Assembly (NCBI GenBank): GCA_002449145.1
Contig: DKCG01000032.1
Span: forward strand, 34,777 to 98,776
Length of the DNA: 64,000 nucleotides
Direction of reading: 5' to 3'
Source of the DNA: Christensenella sp. UBA6880
GTDB lineage: Bacteria > Bacillota > Clostridia > Christensenellales > CAG-917
The notes under the pieces are model-generated. The model did not search any database. It had not been told where the DNA came from and was given only the letters and a program-made list of their open reading frames with translations. A program made the translations under genes and the position numbers. Below, piece after piece: positions 55,779 through 64,000 of this stretch (within the stretch, counting starts at the first letter, position 1; each line of letters starts with the position of its first letter).

Positions 55779-58700
55779 TTATTTTGGCGAGTAGTTGCTC
55801 GTAGCGTCAAACATCACGAAACGGAAATCTTCCGTACCGGCGGCGTAGGGCAGCATTTCGCCTTGCGTTTTGAGTTTTTCGTCCGTAGATTTTGCAAGCA
55901 CGCCGATATTGACGTTATATTGACGCATCGCCTCGTACGTGTATTGGCTCATGTCGAGAATATGATAATTCTTTCCGCCTCCGTAGAAAGCGATTCCGCC
56001 GTGCACATAGTTCTTATCGCCGACTGTCTTGATGATGTTTTGACATTCGCTTTTTTGGCGTCTCACTTCCAACAGCATCTCTTTTATATTGAGAGACAGG
56101 AACGCAAATCGTTGCGTATCGCTGTTGAGCGATGTTTCGATAAGAGTGGAACTATCCACTTGCTCGAGGTCTTTCCAATCTTCCAGCACCACGTCGCCAA
56201 CGAGATGCAAAATGGCAGGGTAGCTCGTCGCCGCAAGCCCGTTCCAGCCTGCAAGACTTCCGCTCATAGTCGTCTCGCCGCTGTCGAGGAAACTGCCTGC
56301 AAAGTGGCTCTCAAGCCCAACCGTAAACAATCCGCTCTTTGTCAGCACGCTGTCTTTAAGCACGACGTCGGTAAGCACGTAGTTGGACATAAAGAAGTTG
56401 TCGTTTGCAAGATCGTCGCATTCGGGCTTGTTGTTTTGCTTATAATCCGCTCCCGTTGAATCCTTAAACGCAGGGGACAGATTGCTCGAATTGCCTTGCA
56501 AGAACCTATTCGTGCCGATTTTGAGGATAAACTCTCTTGCCGTTTGCAATCTGCATCCGTCAATAGTCACGTTTATCTTTTCTTGCGCAATATTCGGCGT
56601 TTCGCTCGTCACGTTATCGCGCCCGAATATGCGCACGCAAGTGCGCCCGTTCTTCACGCGGCAATTTTTGATGGTAGCGTCGCTCATAATTTCGAGCGTA
56701 GTGCCGATATAATTGAGCAAGTTAAGTTCCATCGTATCGCCGTCGTACAGCGATTCGTCGTCGCAGCCTGCCAAAACCACGTTATCGAGAGTAATGCCGT
56801 CCTTTCTTACGAGGAAGGATATATTGTCCTGTCCCTTGACGGACGCAATCTTCGTTCCGTTCATATACGCCGCAACGAAATCGAGCGGACCTTTGAACAC
56901 CGCATAATCGTGCAACACGCCCGTGCTGTCGATAACGTTGGTGATATACTCCGTGTTGAGCATATATCCGTTGCCGTATATATTGTTCGTAAACTCGTAG
57001 CAATAGCGCACCGTTTGCTTGCCTTTGCCTTTATTCTCGTAATATCTGCAATCCGCCGTGGAGTAAATCTCTTTGGTGTACGACATGAGTTTTTCACCCA
57101 TCGTCGTTTCGTCATACTTGGCTTTTCCGTTTTCGTCAAACAGATTTTCGCCGAGATAAATATCCTTTTCAAGCACGATTTGCTTATTTTGCGAGCCTGC
57201 AAGCGTCAGTTCGTCATATGAGGATACATACACGCCGTTTACGGCTTTGAACGTTATGGATGCCGGCGACGCGTTAAATCTCTCGCCGTATTTCCAACTT
57301 GCGCTTATCGTAACGTCGCCCGTATCTTTTATGACGAAATGCACTTTTCCGTCAATCGTTTCTATGCTCGCCACGGATTCGTTGCTTGATTTGAAAATTA
57401 TGTTTTCAAAATCCGTCACTTCCGCTTGCGCCTTGTCGCCGCCTATCACGGTGTTGAAGAGGGTGGTGATATAATCCGTTTTTACCGACGTATTACCCTC
57501 GTAGTATTGATTTGCGATTGCAAGCGAGCCGAGCCCGTATTTTGTCACGGATTCGTTGAACATCAGCGACGTATAAGCCTTTGTCGTAACGAGTTCTCTT
57601 TGTATAGTTCCGCTTGCCGTCACCGAGCCGTTTTCCACACGTTCCCATTCTATTCTCAACGTCGTCGAGCCGTCACCCACCGCTTGGATATAGCAATATT
57701 CGTTGTTTTGAGCGGATATTCTGGCAACGTTCTCGTTTTCGATAAACCACTTATATTGCAACGCCGCATACGGCTCCACGGACACCGTAAATTTGGTGTT
57801 TTCGCCATCGAGCAGTACGAGACCGTCCTTTCCGTCGGAATTTCCGAACGAGTTCACGGAGAAATCGATGTCCGCAAAAGACAATCTGAAGTGGCGCACG
57901 CTTGCCGTATCGTCGCCCGTCTTAATCGAACATCTTATATTTGAAGTCGCAGAAGTCACGGGGTTTGCAAGCGTCACGTCAATCGCATACGAGTGGTCGT
58001 TCACGTCGTCCAACTTGCGCACGGAGTACGTTGCGCCGGGAATGCCCGATACTTGTATGTTTCCGTCCGTTACGCCGGCGTAATCGACGTAAAGGGTAAA
58101 TTGCTTTGTGTTGAGCGGCGCGATAATGGTAGGCATGTTGGCGGTAGAATTTGCAGGCGCAATCTCGCCGTTTACGGATACGTCGCCGTCTTTGCGCACC
58201 TTAAACGCTATGCGTTTAGTCACGGTTTGCCCGAATGCGTTCACGACGTGCATTTTCACCGTCGTGTCCGTATCGAAGTACGCATACACTCTTCCGCTCA
58301 CTTCGTTGACGGTAAGCGCGGACGCGTTTTCGCTTTCGTATTTGACTTGCACGTTTGTCGCCGTTTGCGGATAATAGTCGCCGCCGAGTATAAACGTGCC
58401 GGTATTCACCGCGGCGGTGTAATCGTCGCCGTTTCTGTCGAGAGACACGACGTTTCCATGTACGTCAGAGAGGGTGGGCGTGTATTCCAATATTCCGCTC
58501 GAGCCGATATTGAACACTACGCTGTCGGAATATCCGCCGTCCTTGCTTGTATAAGTGAGTTTTGCAATACCCACGTCGTTGAGGCTGAACGAGCCGTCGC
58601 TGTTGAGGCTTACGATATCGCTTGCCTCGCCCGTGTGTGCGTCGGTGACGGTAAGGGAGTAGGCGCGGTTTTTCGCCTTGTAGGGCAGCACTTCTACCGC

Positions 58701-58895
58701 AAGGTCGCTTTCATACATGGGATGCTCGTAGTTTGCAAGGTCAAAGGAAAATATGCCGTTGTCGCCCTTGTTTCCTATACGGATAGAACTTGCCGAGATA
58801 TCCGCCGACACGCTCGCCACGTTCGTAACGGCAAAAAACGCGATGAGGAACACCAAGGGAAGAACTATCATAAGTGCTGTAACTATTTTTTTCAT
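55779..58895 (-). CDS. large N-terminally anchored secreted protein with Ig-like and right-handed beta-helix-like regions
   Basis: 1038 aa from ATG 58895. The GGAGGA RBS lies inside the 3-prime end of the permease gene, with a 4-nt gap. N-terminal TM segment (IVTALMIVLPLVFLIAFFAV). No catalytic motif recognised. Confidence 0.65.
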   Translation of the reverse strand: MKKIVTALMIVLPLVFLIAFFAVTNVASVSADISASSIRIGNKGDNGIFSFDLANYEHPMYESDLAVEVLPYKAKNRAYSLTVTDAHTGEASDIVSLNSDGSFSLNDVGIAKLTYTSKDGGYSDSVVFNIGSSGILEYTPTLSDVHGNVVSLDRNGDDYTAAVNTGTFILGGDYYPQTATNVQVKYESENASALTVNEVSGRVYAYFDTDTTVKMHVVNAFGQTVTKRIAFKVRKDGDVSVNGEIAPANSTANMPTIIAPLNTKQFTLYVDYAGVTDGNIQVSGIPGATYSVRKLDDVNDHSYAIDVTLANPVTSATSNIRCSIKTGDDTASVRHFRLSFADIDFSVNSFGNSDGKDGLVLLDGENTKFTVSVEPYAALQYKWFIENENVARISAQNNEYCYIQAVGDGSTTLRIEWERVENGSVTASGTIQRELVTTKAYTSLMFNESVTKYGLGSLAIANQYYEGNTSVKTDYITTLFNTVIGGDKAQAEVTDFENIIFKSSNESVASIETIDGKVHFVIKDTGDVTISASWKYGERFNASPASITFKAVNGVYVSSYDELTLAGSQNKQIVLEKDIYLGENLFDENGKAKYDETTMGEKLMSYTKEIYSTADCRYYENKGKGKQTVRYCYEFTNNIYGNGYMLNTEYITNVIDSTGVLHDYAVFKGPLDFVAAYMNGTKIASVKGQDNISFLVRKDGITLDNVVLAGCDDESLYDGDTMELNLLNYIGTTLEIMSDATIKNCRVKNGRTCVRIFGRDNVTSETPNIAQEKINVTIDGCRLQTAREFILKIGTNRFLQGNSSNLSPAFKDSTGADYKQNNKPECDDLANDNFFMSNYVLTDVVLKDSVLTKSGLFTVGLESHFAGSFLDSGETTMSGSLAGWNGLAATSYPAILHLVGDVVLEDWKDLEQVDSSTLIETSLNSDTQRFAFLSLNIKEMLLEVRRQKSECQNIIKTVGDKNYVHGGIAFYGGGKNYHILDMSQYTYEAMRQYNVNIGVLAKSTDEKLKTQGEMLPYAAGTEDFRFVMFDATSNYSPK

Positions 58896-58899
58896 AATA

Positions 58900-60585
58900 T
58901 CAGTCCTCCGTGTCCAGATTTGCGTACGTCTTTTTGAGATTCGCAAAGAAATATCCGATTGCCGCGCCCAACATCGCTATGGGCAAGCATATCGCAATTG
59001 CGTAACTTGCGGCTTTGTTCACCTCGGGTTGACCGCCCTTGAAAAGGGGCGCAAACGACGAGAACAACAGTGCAAAGCCGATAAGAAAACTCATACACAA
59101 ACCGACCGCAAGCACCGTCGATACGGTGGAGTTTGACTCTCTTATCTGCCCGTCCTCCGCCCTGGAGAAGTGCGGATTTGCCAAATCTTTTTTGGTTGCG
59201 CCGACGATTTGAGCAAAGGCAAAAGCCGACGCGGCGATAAACGTGATTATTCCGTCAACAACGCTCTCGATGCCCGTCGCGCAAAGCACTATGCACGCAA
59301 TCGCAAGACTCGCCTCTGCCACTATGGCGCAAAATACTATTTTTGAACCGAGTATAGACGATGGCGAATATGGCAAAGTTTTTTGAGTCATAGACATATA
59401 TCCGTCGCGGCTGATATTCGTGGAGCAGAACGTATTGGTGAGCGTAGAGTAGAGTATCACGATGAAAGTGCATATCTCAAACGTGAGATCTATGTCGCTG
59501 CCGAAAAGTCCCGCGACCATACTCGACGCCGTCTTTGCCGAATAGAACGCCATGACAGGCATAACGGCGGCGGTTGTAAGATACATATACGCATAGTCCG
59601 CCGTGCGAGTTACTATCATAAACTCTTTTGCGAGCAACGATGCAAATCTACTTCTCTTGACAAAATGCAGTTGCTCTCTCTTTACGTGCGGAATGCCGAA
59701 GTTGATGTTGGAGTGCGTAACCTGAATGAATATAGCGCGCACTATCACCAGACAAAGCGCAAGAGCCACGACCATGATAGCAATAAGTATGCCTGTGTTT
59801 TTGCCGATTTCCCGTTCGAGCATAATGGATGCAAACAAGTTTGCAGGGTAGTTGTATTTGGTAAAATGCAATATCCCCGTCATAACCTTTTCGTTGAAAA
59901 GCGTAGTGATTTTTCCGCTTGTCAAAAGGCTTTGCGCAACTCGGAAAATATAAGAATAGCCCCAGCAGAACAAAGCCGCAAGAGCCGTGATTACTATGAA
60001 AGTAAGAATGTAGTTGGAACTTACGATGCGTTTTAGATAATAGAAAGGAAGAACTATCATAGACGCAATCGCAAGCGGAATAATCGGAAGAGCGAGCGCA
60101 ACGACGAAAGTCATAACGCCGCCGTATGCCGACAGCGTATCCGTCGTGCAGAAGAACGTAAAGTTGAACACAGGCACGCACACAAACGACAGAATCGCCT
60201 GCTTAAAATACACCGCCGAGAGTTTCGAGAGGAATATTTCCGTCGAAGAAAACGGCATCGTAATTAGGATATTTATATCGCTGTTTTCAAAGAGGGTATG
60301 GCAAAGCGCGCTCACGCCGAATATCGCAAACAGCACGATAAGCGCAAAATATCCGATGGACATAATCTCGTATTGTCTTGCCGCAACGTCGGGAACGCGG
60401 TTGATTTTAATCGCCGTATAAGTCTCTGCAAAACGAGAGAAAACCATCACGAATACGGCAATCATAACCGCAACAAGCGCAAGCATAACTATCGTCCCCG
60501 TCCAATCCGAGAGCGATTTCTTGCGCGAGCGCGTCGGCAGTGCGTCAAGCACCTGCTTTTTGAGTAGCAGCGAAAATCTGTTCAT
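58900..60585 (-). CDS. large polytopic ABC-exporter permease
   Basis: 561 aa with about 12 hydrophobic segments. Sits 2 nt downstream of the ABC ATPase gene. Resembles the putative ABC exporter family (recollection only). Confidence 0.65.
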   Translation of the reverse strand: MNRFSLLLKKQVLDALPTRSRKKSLSDWTGTIVMLALVAVMIAVFVMVFSRFAETYTAIKINRVPDVAARQYEIMSIGYFALIVLFAIFGVSALCHTLFENSDINILITMPFSSTEIFLSKLSAVYFKQAILSFVCVPVFNFTFFCTTDTLSAYGGVMTFVVALALPIIPLAIASMIVLPFYYLKRIVSSNYILTFIVITALAALFCWGYSYIFRVAQSLLTSGKITTLFNEKVMTGILHFTKYNYPANLFASIMLEREIGKNTGILIAIMVVALALCLVIVRAIFIQVTHSNINFGIPHVKREQLHFVKRSRFASLLAKEFMIVTRTADYAYMYLTTAAVMPVMAFYSAKTASSMVAGLFGSDIDLTFEICTFIVILYSTLTNTFCSTNISRDGYMSMTQKTLPYSPSSILGSKIVFCAIVAEASLAIACIVLCATGIESVVDGIITFIAASAFAFAQIVGATKKDLANPHFSRAEDGQIRESNSTVSTVLAVGLCMSFLIGFALLFSSFAPLFKGGQPEVNKAASYAIAICLPIAMLGAAIGYFFANLKKTYANLDTED

Positions 60586-60587
60586 AA

Positions 60588-61343
60588 TCAGTTTTCCTTT
60601 GTGGTGCGCGCGAGGAAGTATTCTTCGAGATCGACGTCGGGATTTTCAAGTCTGAAATCTGCAAAATAGAAGTCGTCCGTCTTTACGCCGTTTTGGATAA
60701 TTACCGCACGGTCGCAAAGTTTTTGCACGGAATTGATATTGTGAGAGGAGAAGAGAATGCAGTTTCCGTTACCGGCATACTCTTTCATAAACGCGCATAC
60801 GTTTGCGTTGGTAACGGGATCGAGACCGATCATCGGCTCGTCAAGAATCCAAAGTTTGGGATTATGAATAAGCGATCCCATCATGCAAATTTTTTGGCGC
60901 ATACCGTGGGAGTAGTCGTTGATAGTATCGAAAATTCTGTTGCCGAGACAGAACACCTCGTCCAATTTTGCAAGACGTCTTTTTCTATCATCCACGCTCA
61001 CGCCGTATGCGTTTGCCATAAAGTCGATATATTGAATTCCCGTAAGTTTCACAAACACGTCGTGCTTGTCGCTTACAAATCCGAAAGTATTCTTTGCCTT
61101 GACAGGCTCTTTTGAGATGTCGTATCCGTTAATCGTGATAGAGCCTTTCGAGTAGGGAAGAATGCCCGTCACGCATTTGAGCGTCGTGGATTTCCCGGCG
61201 CCGTTGTGTCCCAAAAGACCGACAATCTCGCCCGGATAGCAAGACATAGAAAAATCGTCGAGCGCGAAGTTTTTCGCCGACGGATATTGTTTTGACAGGT
61301 GTTCGATTTGCAAGGATGGCGCAGTCGTATAAAATCTTTCCAT
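60588..61343 (-). CDS. ABC transporter ATP-binding protein
   Basis: 251 aa with Walker A GHNGAGKST, Q-loop, Walker B LWILDEP and H-loop SSHN. The LSGG signature is degenerate (YSHGMRQK). Confidence 0.85.
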   Translation of the reverse strand: MERFYTTAPSLQIEHLSKQYPSAKNFALDDFSMSCYPGEIVGLLGHNGAGKSTTLKCVTGILPYSKGSITINGYDISKEPVKAKNTFGFVSDKHDVFVKLTGIQYIDFMANAYGVSVDDRKRRLAKLDEVFCLGNRIFDTINDYSHGMRQKICMMGSLIHNPKLWILDEPMIGLDPVTNANVCAFMKEYAGNGNCILFSSHNINSVQKLCDRAVIIQNGVKTDDFYFADFRLENPDVDLEEYFLARTTKEN

Positions 61344-61409
61344 AGCTCCCCGTTTCTTATGCGCGTATGTGTGTAAGTGTGCATGTTGTTCACGTGCAGA
61401 CTATGTGAC

Positions 61410-61438
61410 ATTCTACTCCACAAATTGTATTATGTCAA
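61410..61438 (-). promoter_or_regulatory. promoter candidate for the ABC/surface-protein operon
   Basis: On the minus strand, TTGACA - 17 nt - TAGAAT, about 65 nt upstream of the ATPase ATG. Confidence 0.5.
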
Positions 61439-61454
61439 CCTTAATTGCGACATC

Positions 61455-61483
61455 TAACCCACTGTTTATTAACCCACTGTTTA
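61455..61483. promoter_or_regulatory. tandem 14-nt direct repeat abutting the -35 box
   Basis: TAACCCACTGTTTA at 61455-61468 and 61470-61483 (15-nt period), 17 nt upstream of the -35 on the minus strand. Confidence 0.45.
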
Positions 61484-61871
61484 GACAATATTCGACAAAG
61501 CGTATTGCCGAAAAAGCACAGATAATAGACAAAAGTGTCCAAATGTGCACATATCTCACACAATGTGTCGATATATGCCGAAAATGTGTGAAAATCCTCA
61601 AAAATTATTGCAAAATTCAACTATTTTCTGCAAAAAGCAAATTGTTTTTACAATTTACGACAAACACCTGCCTCTGATATTACGTTTTTAGCAACAACGG
61701 TTTTATAAAAATAAAGCCATACTATAAAAATTTTATTATGACGCAAAACAACGTATTTCAACGTGTTTTTGAGCAAAATCGAAAAGATCATTTGCATGTT
61801 TCACAAAATTCAAAAAATTTGGCGCGGATGTCAAACTTTTGAACATCGGGTCGGTAATTTTCCGAAATCGC

Positions 61872-61900
61872 TTGACAGACCTTATTATTGATGCTACATT
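61872..61900 (+). promoter_or_regulatory. promoter candidate for cysK
   Basis: TTGACA - 17 nt - TACATT, 140 nt upstream of ATG 62041. Confidence 0.45.
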
Positions 61901-62040
61901 AAACCTACAAAACAGATAGGTAAAGTCGGCAAACATAAACCGACGCCACGAATCGTATTAAAAAGATTTTGACGATGGCATTGCGGATTTTTGCTTTGAA
62001 GTCGTCGAAAACGATATATATATATAAGGAGAATAAGACA

Positions 62041-62970
62041 ATGAAAGTTTATGACAAAATCACCGATCTTATCGGTGGCACGCCATTGCTAAAGCTCACA
62101 AATTACATCAAAGACCATCAACTCGGTGCGACTTTGTACGGCAAACTCGAATATTTTAATCCTGCCGGCAGCGTAAAGGACAGAATCGCAAAAGCGATGC
62201 TCGACGACGCGCAACAAAGAGGCATATTGAAACCGGATTCGGTTATCATCGAGCCGACGAGCGGAAACACCGGTATAGGGCTAGCCGCCGTTGCGGCGTC
62301 CAGGGGATACAAGATTATCCTTACAATGCCGGAAACCATGAGCATAGAACGCCGGAATTTGCTTAAAGCATACGGCGCGAAAATCGTTTTGACCGATGGC
62401 GCGAAGGGAATGAAGGGCGCAATTGAAAAGGCAAACGAACTCGCAGCCGAAACCCCCAATAGTTTCATCCCAAGCCAATTTACCAACATGGCAAATCCGA
62501 GAGCGCATTTCCGCACGACCGGCCCTGAAATATGGGAAGATACCGACGGGAAAGTGGATATATTTGTTGCAGGCGTCGGAACGGGCGGCACTTTGTCCGG
62601 CGTCGGAGAATACTTAAAAAGCAAAAATCCCGATGTAAAGGTTGTTGCCGTCGAGCCGGCAGGATCTCCGGTTTTGTCAAAGGGCACTCCCGGTCCGCAC
62701 AAGATTCAAGGCATCGGCGCAGGATTCGTGCCCGAAACGTTGGATACGAAAATTTATGACGAGATAATAACGGTAGAAAACGAAGACGCTTTCGAAACGG
62801 GACGCGCTCTTGCAAGAAGGGATGGCGTGCTTGTCGGAATTTCATCGGGAGCCGCCGTATTTGCAGCGGCAGAACTTGCAAAACGACCTGAAAATAAAGG
62901 AAAAATCATTGTCGCAATCCTTCCCGACACAGGCGACAGATACTTATCGACGCCGATGTTTTCGGAGTGA
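62041..62970 (+). CDS. cysK: cysteine synthase A (O-acetylserine sulfhydrylase)
   Basis: 309 aa from ATG 62041 (AAGGAG upstream). PLP-lysine [19 protein letters not shown] and [10 protein letters not shown]. Confidence 0.9.
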   Translation: MKVYDKITDLIGGTPLLKLTNYIKDHQLGATLYGKLEYFNPAGSVKDRIAKAMLDDAQQRGILKPDSVIIEPTSGNTGIGLAAVAASRGYKIILTMPETMSIERRNLLKAYGAKIVLTDGAKGMKGAIEKANELAAETPNSFIPSQFTNMANPRAHFRTTGPEIWEDTDGKVDIFVAGVGTGGTLSGVGEYLKSKNPDVKVVAVEPAGSPVLSKGTPGPHKIQGIGAGFVPETLDTKIYDEIITVENEDAFETGRALARRDGVLVGISSGAAVFAAAELAKRPENKGKIIVAILPDTGDRYLSTPMFSE

Positions 62971-63133
62971 GTCGCAAAGCGATTGCGAAAAATCGTGAAG
63001 ATTTTCGGATTGAAGAAAAAATCCGCAATTGCGAAGATTTACAAAATCGTCATTAAAAAGCAACGGCAGAAAAAAGGCAGTCTGCGGTTAGAGCAAAACC
63101 GCCGACTGCCTTTTTGTCGTTTTGTATTATTTG

Positions 63134-63568
63134 TCAGATGACATAGTTGTTTGCAGATTGCTCTTTGTGAAGTTCCACTATGTCTTGCAGTGTTATGCCG
63201 TCCAGATATTCGTTGACTGCTTTGTAAAGTCCTTGCCACACTCCAAGCAATGCCAAATCCTCGCTGCTTTCGCATTCCGACGGTTCTTCAACGCAAGAAA
63301 CGGGAGACAATGAGCCTTCCGTTAAACGCAAAATATCTCCAACGGTATATTTGTCGGGTGATTGTGCCAATCGATAGCCGCCTTGCGAACCTCGGATTGT
63401 TTTCAAAATGTCCGATTGGCTTAAAAGGGGGATGATCTGCTCCAAATATTTTTTGGAGATCTTTTGTCTGTCGGCAATGTCTTTCAGCGCAACGACCCCG
63501 CAACCTTGATGTTCTGCCAAATCCAAAAGCATTTTGAGGGCATAACGTCCCTTTGTGGAAACTTTCAT
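63134..63568 (-). CDS. Rrf2-family transcriptional regulator (CymR/IscR-like)
   Basis: 144 aa from ATG 63568 (AAGGAG upstream). MKVSTKGRYALKMLLDLA...ISKKYLEQIIPLL...GSQGGYRLA. Confidence 0.85.
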   Translation of the reverse strand: MKVSTKGRYALKMLLDLAEHQGCGVVALKDIADRQKISKKYLEQIIPLLSQSDILKTIRGSQGGYRLAQSPDKYTVGDILRLTEGSLSPVSCVEEPSECESSEDLALLGVWQGLYKAVNEYLDGITLQDIVELHKEQSANNYVI

Positions 63569-63845
63569 AACGGCACTCCTTTTCCGCGTTATTTCGAAAT
63601 CTGACGATATAATAACATATTTTGGCAAAAAGTGCTATAATCTCGGAGAAATAATAGATGAAGAAACGGGAATTATACTTCTTGCGAGAACTCCGCTTAT
63701 CGAAGTTTTGTCTTATTGAATTTGATTTATTAAAATTTATTAAAAATTTTTCATCTAAAATAACAAAAAAATGATAAGATAAAGATATTATAAAAAACAG
63801 TAATACTCATTTAAGACAAATCGACTGTCGAGCAGGCAACAAAAA

Positions 63846-64000
63846 GATGGAAATAACGGTTGAAGAATTTGAAAAAATGAATAAAAACGAGAGAATCGTG
63901 TTCGATATTCGTCCCGAAACGGATAGGGCGTACGGGTTTATTCCCGATTCGGTGAGTGTAAGCGAGGACGAACTCAGGGCGAATCCGCCGTCGGATAAGG
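63846..64000 (+). CDS. partial ORF, possibly a rhodanese-like domain protein
   Basis: Open to the window end. MEITVEEFEKMNKNERIVFDIRPETDRAYGFIPDSV resembles the start of rhodanese domains (xxDxR..E...G.IP). Weak call. Confidence 0.3.

Noticed and set aside
61901-62040. T-box or S-box leader upstream of cysK
   Set aside because: Only about 140 nt lie between the predicted -10 and the ATG. No GGGTGGTACCGCG-like T-box sequence or terminator/antiterminator pair was seen. Control by the neighbouring Rrf2 (CymR-like) regulator is more plausible.

Overview
This 64-kb chromosomal segment looks like a mid-GC Firmicute, probably Clostridia-like. That is an inference from WhiA, YitT, the DUF1385-prmC-prfA arrangement and dnaE-pfkA synteny. 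No database search was possible, and every functional call rests on motifs recognised by eye in the supplied translations.

- **1-31.5 kb:** mostly plus-strand housekeeping genes. They include a DUF1385::PrmC fusion, RF1, ThrC, UvrC, MurB, WhiA, DnaE, an ATP-type plus a PPi-type phosphofructokinase, a RumA-like methyltransferase, mutarotase, and a DUF1538 membrane protein with two PII-like proteins. Several intergenic regions here are unusually structured hairpin or repeat arrays.
- **32.7-42.1 kb:** ten co-directional, tightly packed phage-derived genes. These are TerL, a TerS-like gene, portal, scaffold, a major capsid protein with a C-terminal Listeria-Bacteroides repeat domain, and five unknown virion-like proteins. 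No recognisable integrase, repressor, replication, long-tail or lysis gene is present.
- **43.7-49.2 kb:** a tRNA recombination hotspot.
  - tRNA-Pro(GGG) has a duplicated 5-prime end.
  - A tRNA-Arg(CCT) gene is split in its anticodon loop by a 3.9-kb AT-rich decayed integrative element.
  - That element carries its own intact tRNA-Arg(CCT), Xis-like genes, a truncated tyrosine integrase, a DUF4143 fragment and an AbiEi/AbiEii module.
- **49.2-61.3 kb:** a minus-strand cluster of ABC ATPase, large polytopic permease, a 1038-aa beta-helix-like protein and a 2154-aa lipoprotein built from Listeria-Bacteroides and MBG-like repeats.
- **62-64 kb:** cysK, an Rrf2 regulator and a partial rhodanese-like gene.

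The most interesting items are the tail-less capsid/packaging island, the anticodon-loop-split tRNA with an element-borne replacement, and a flip/flop pair of long-hairpin repeats bracketing the two pfk genes.
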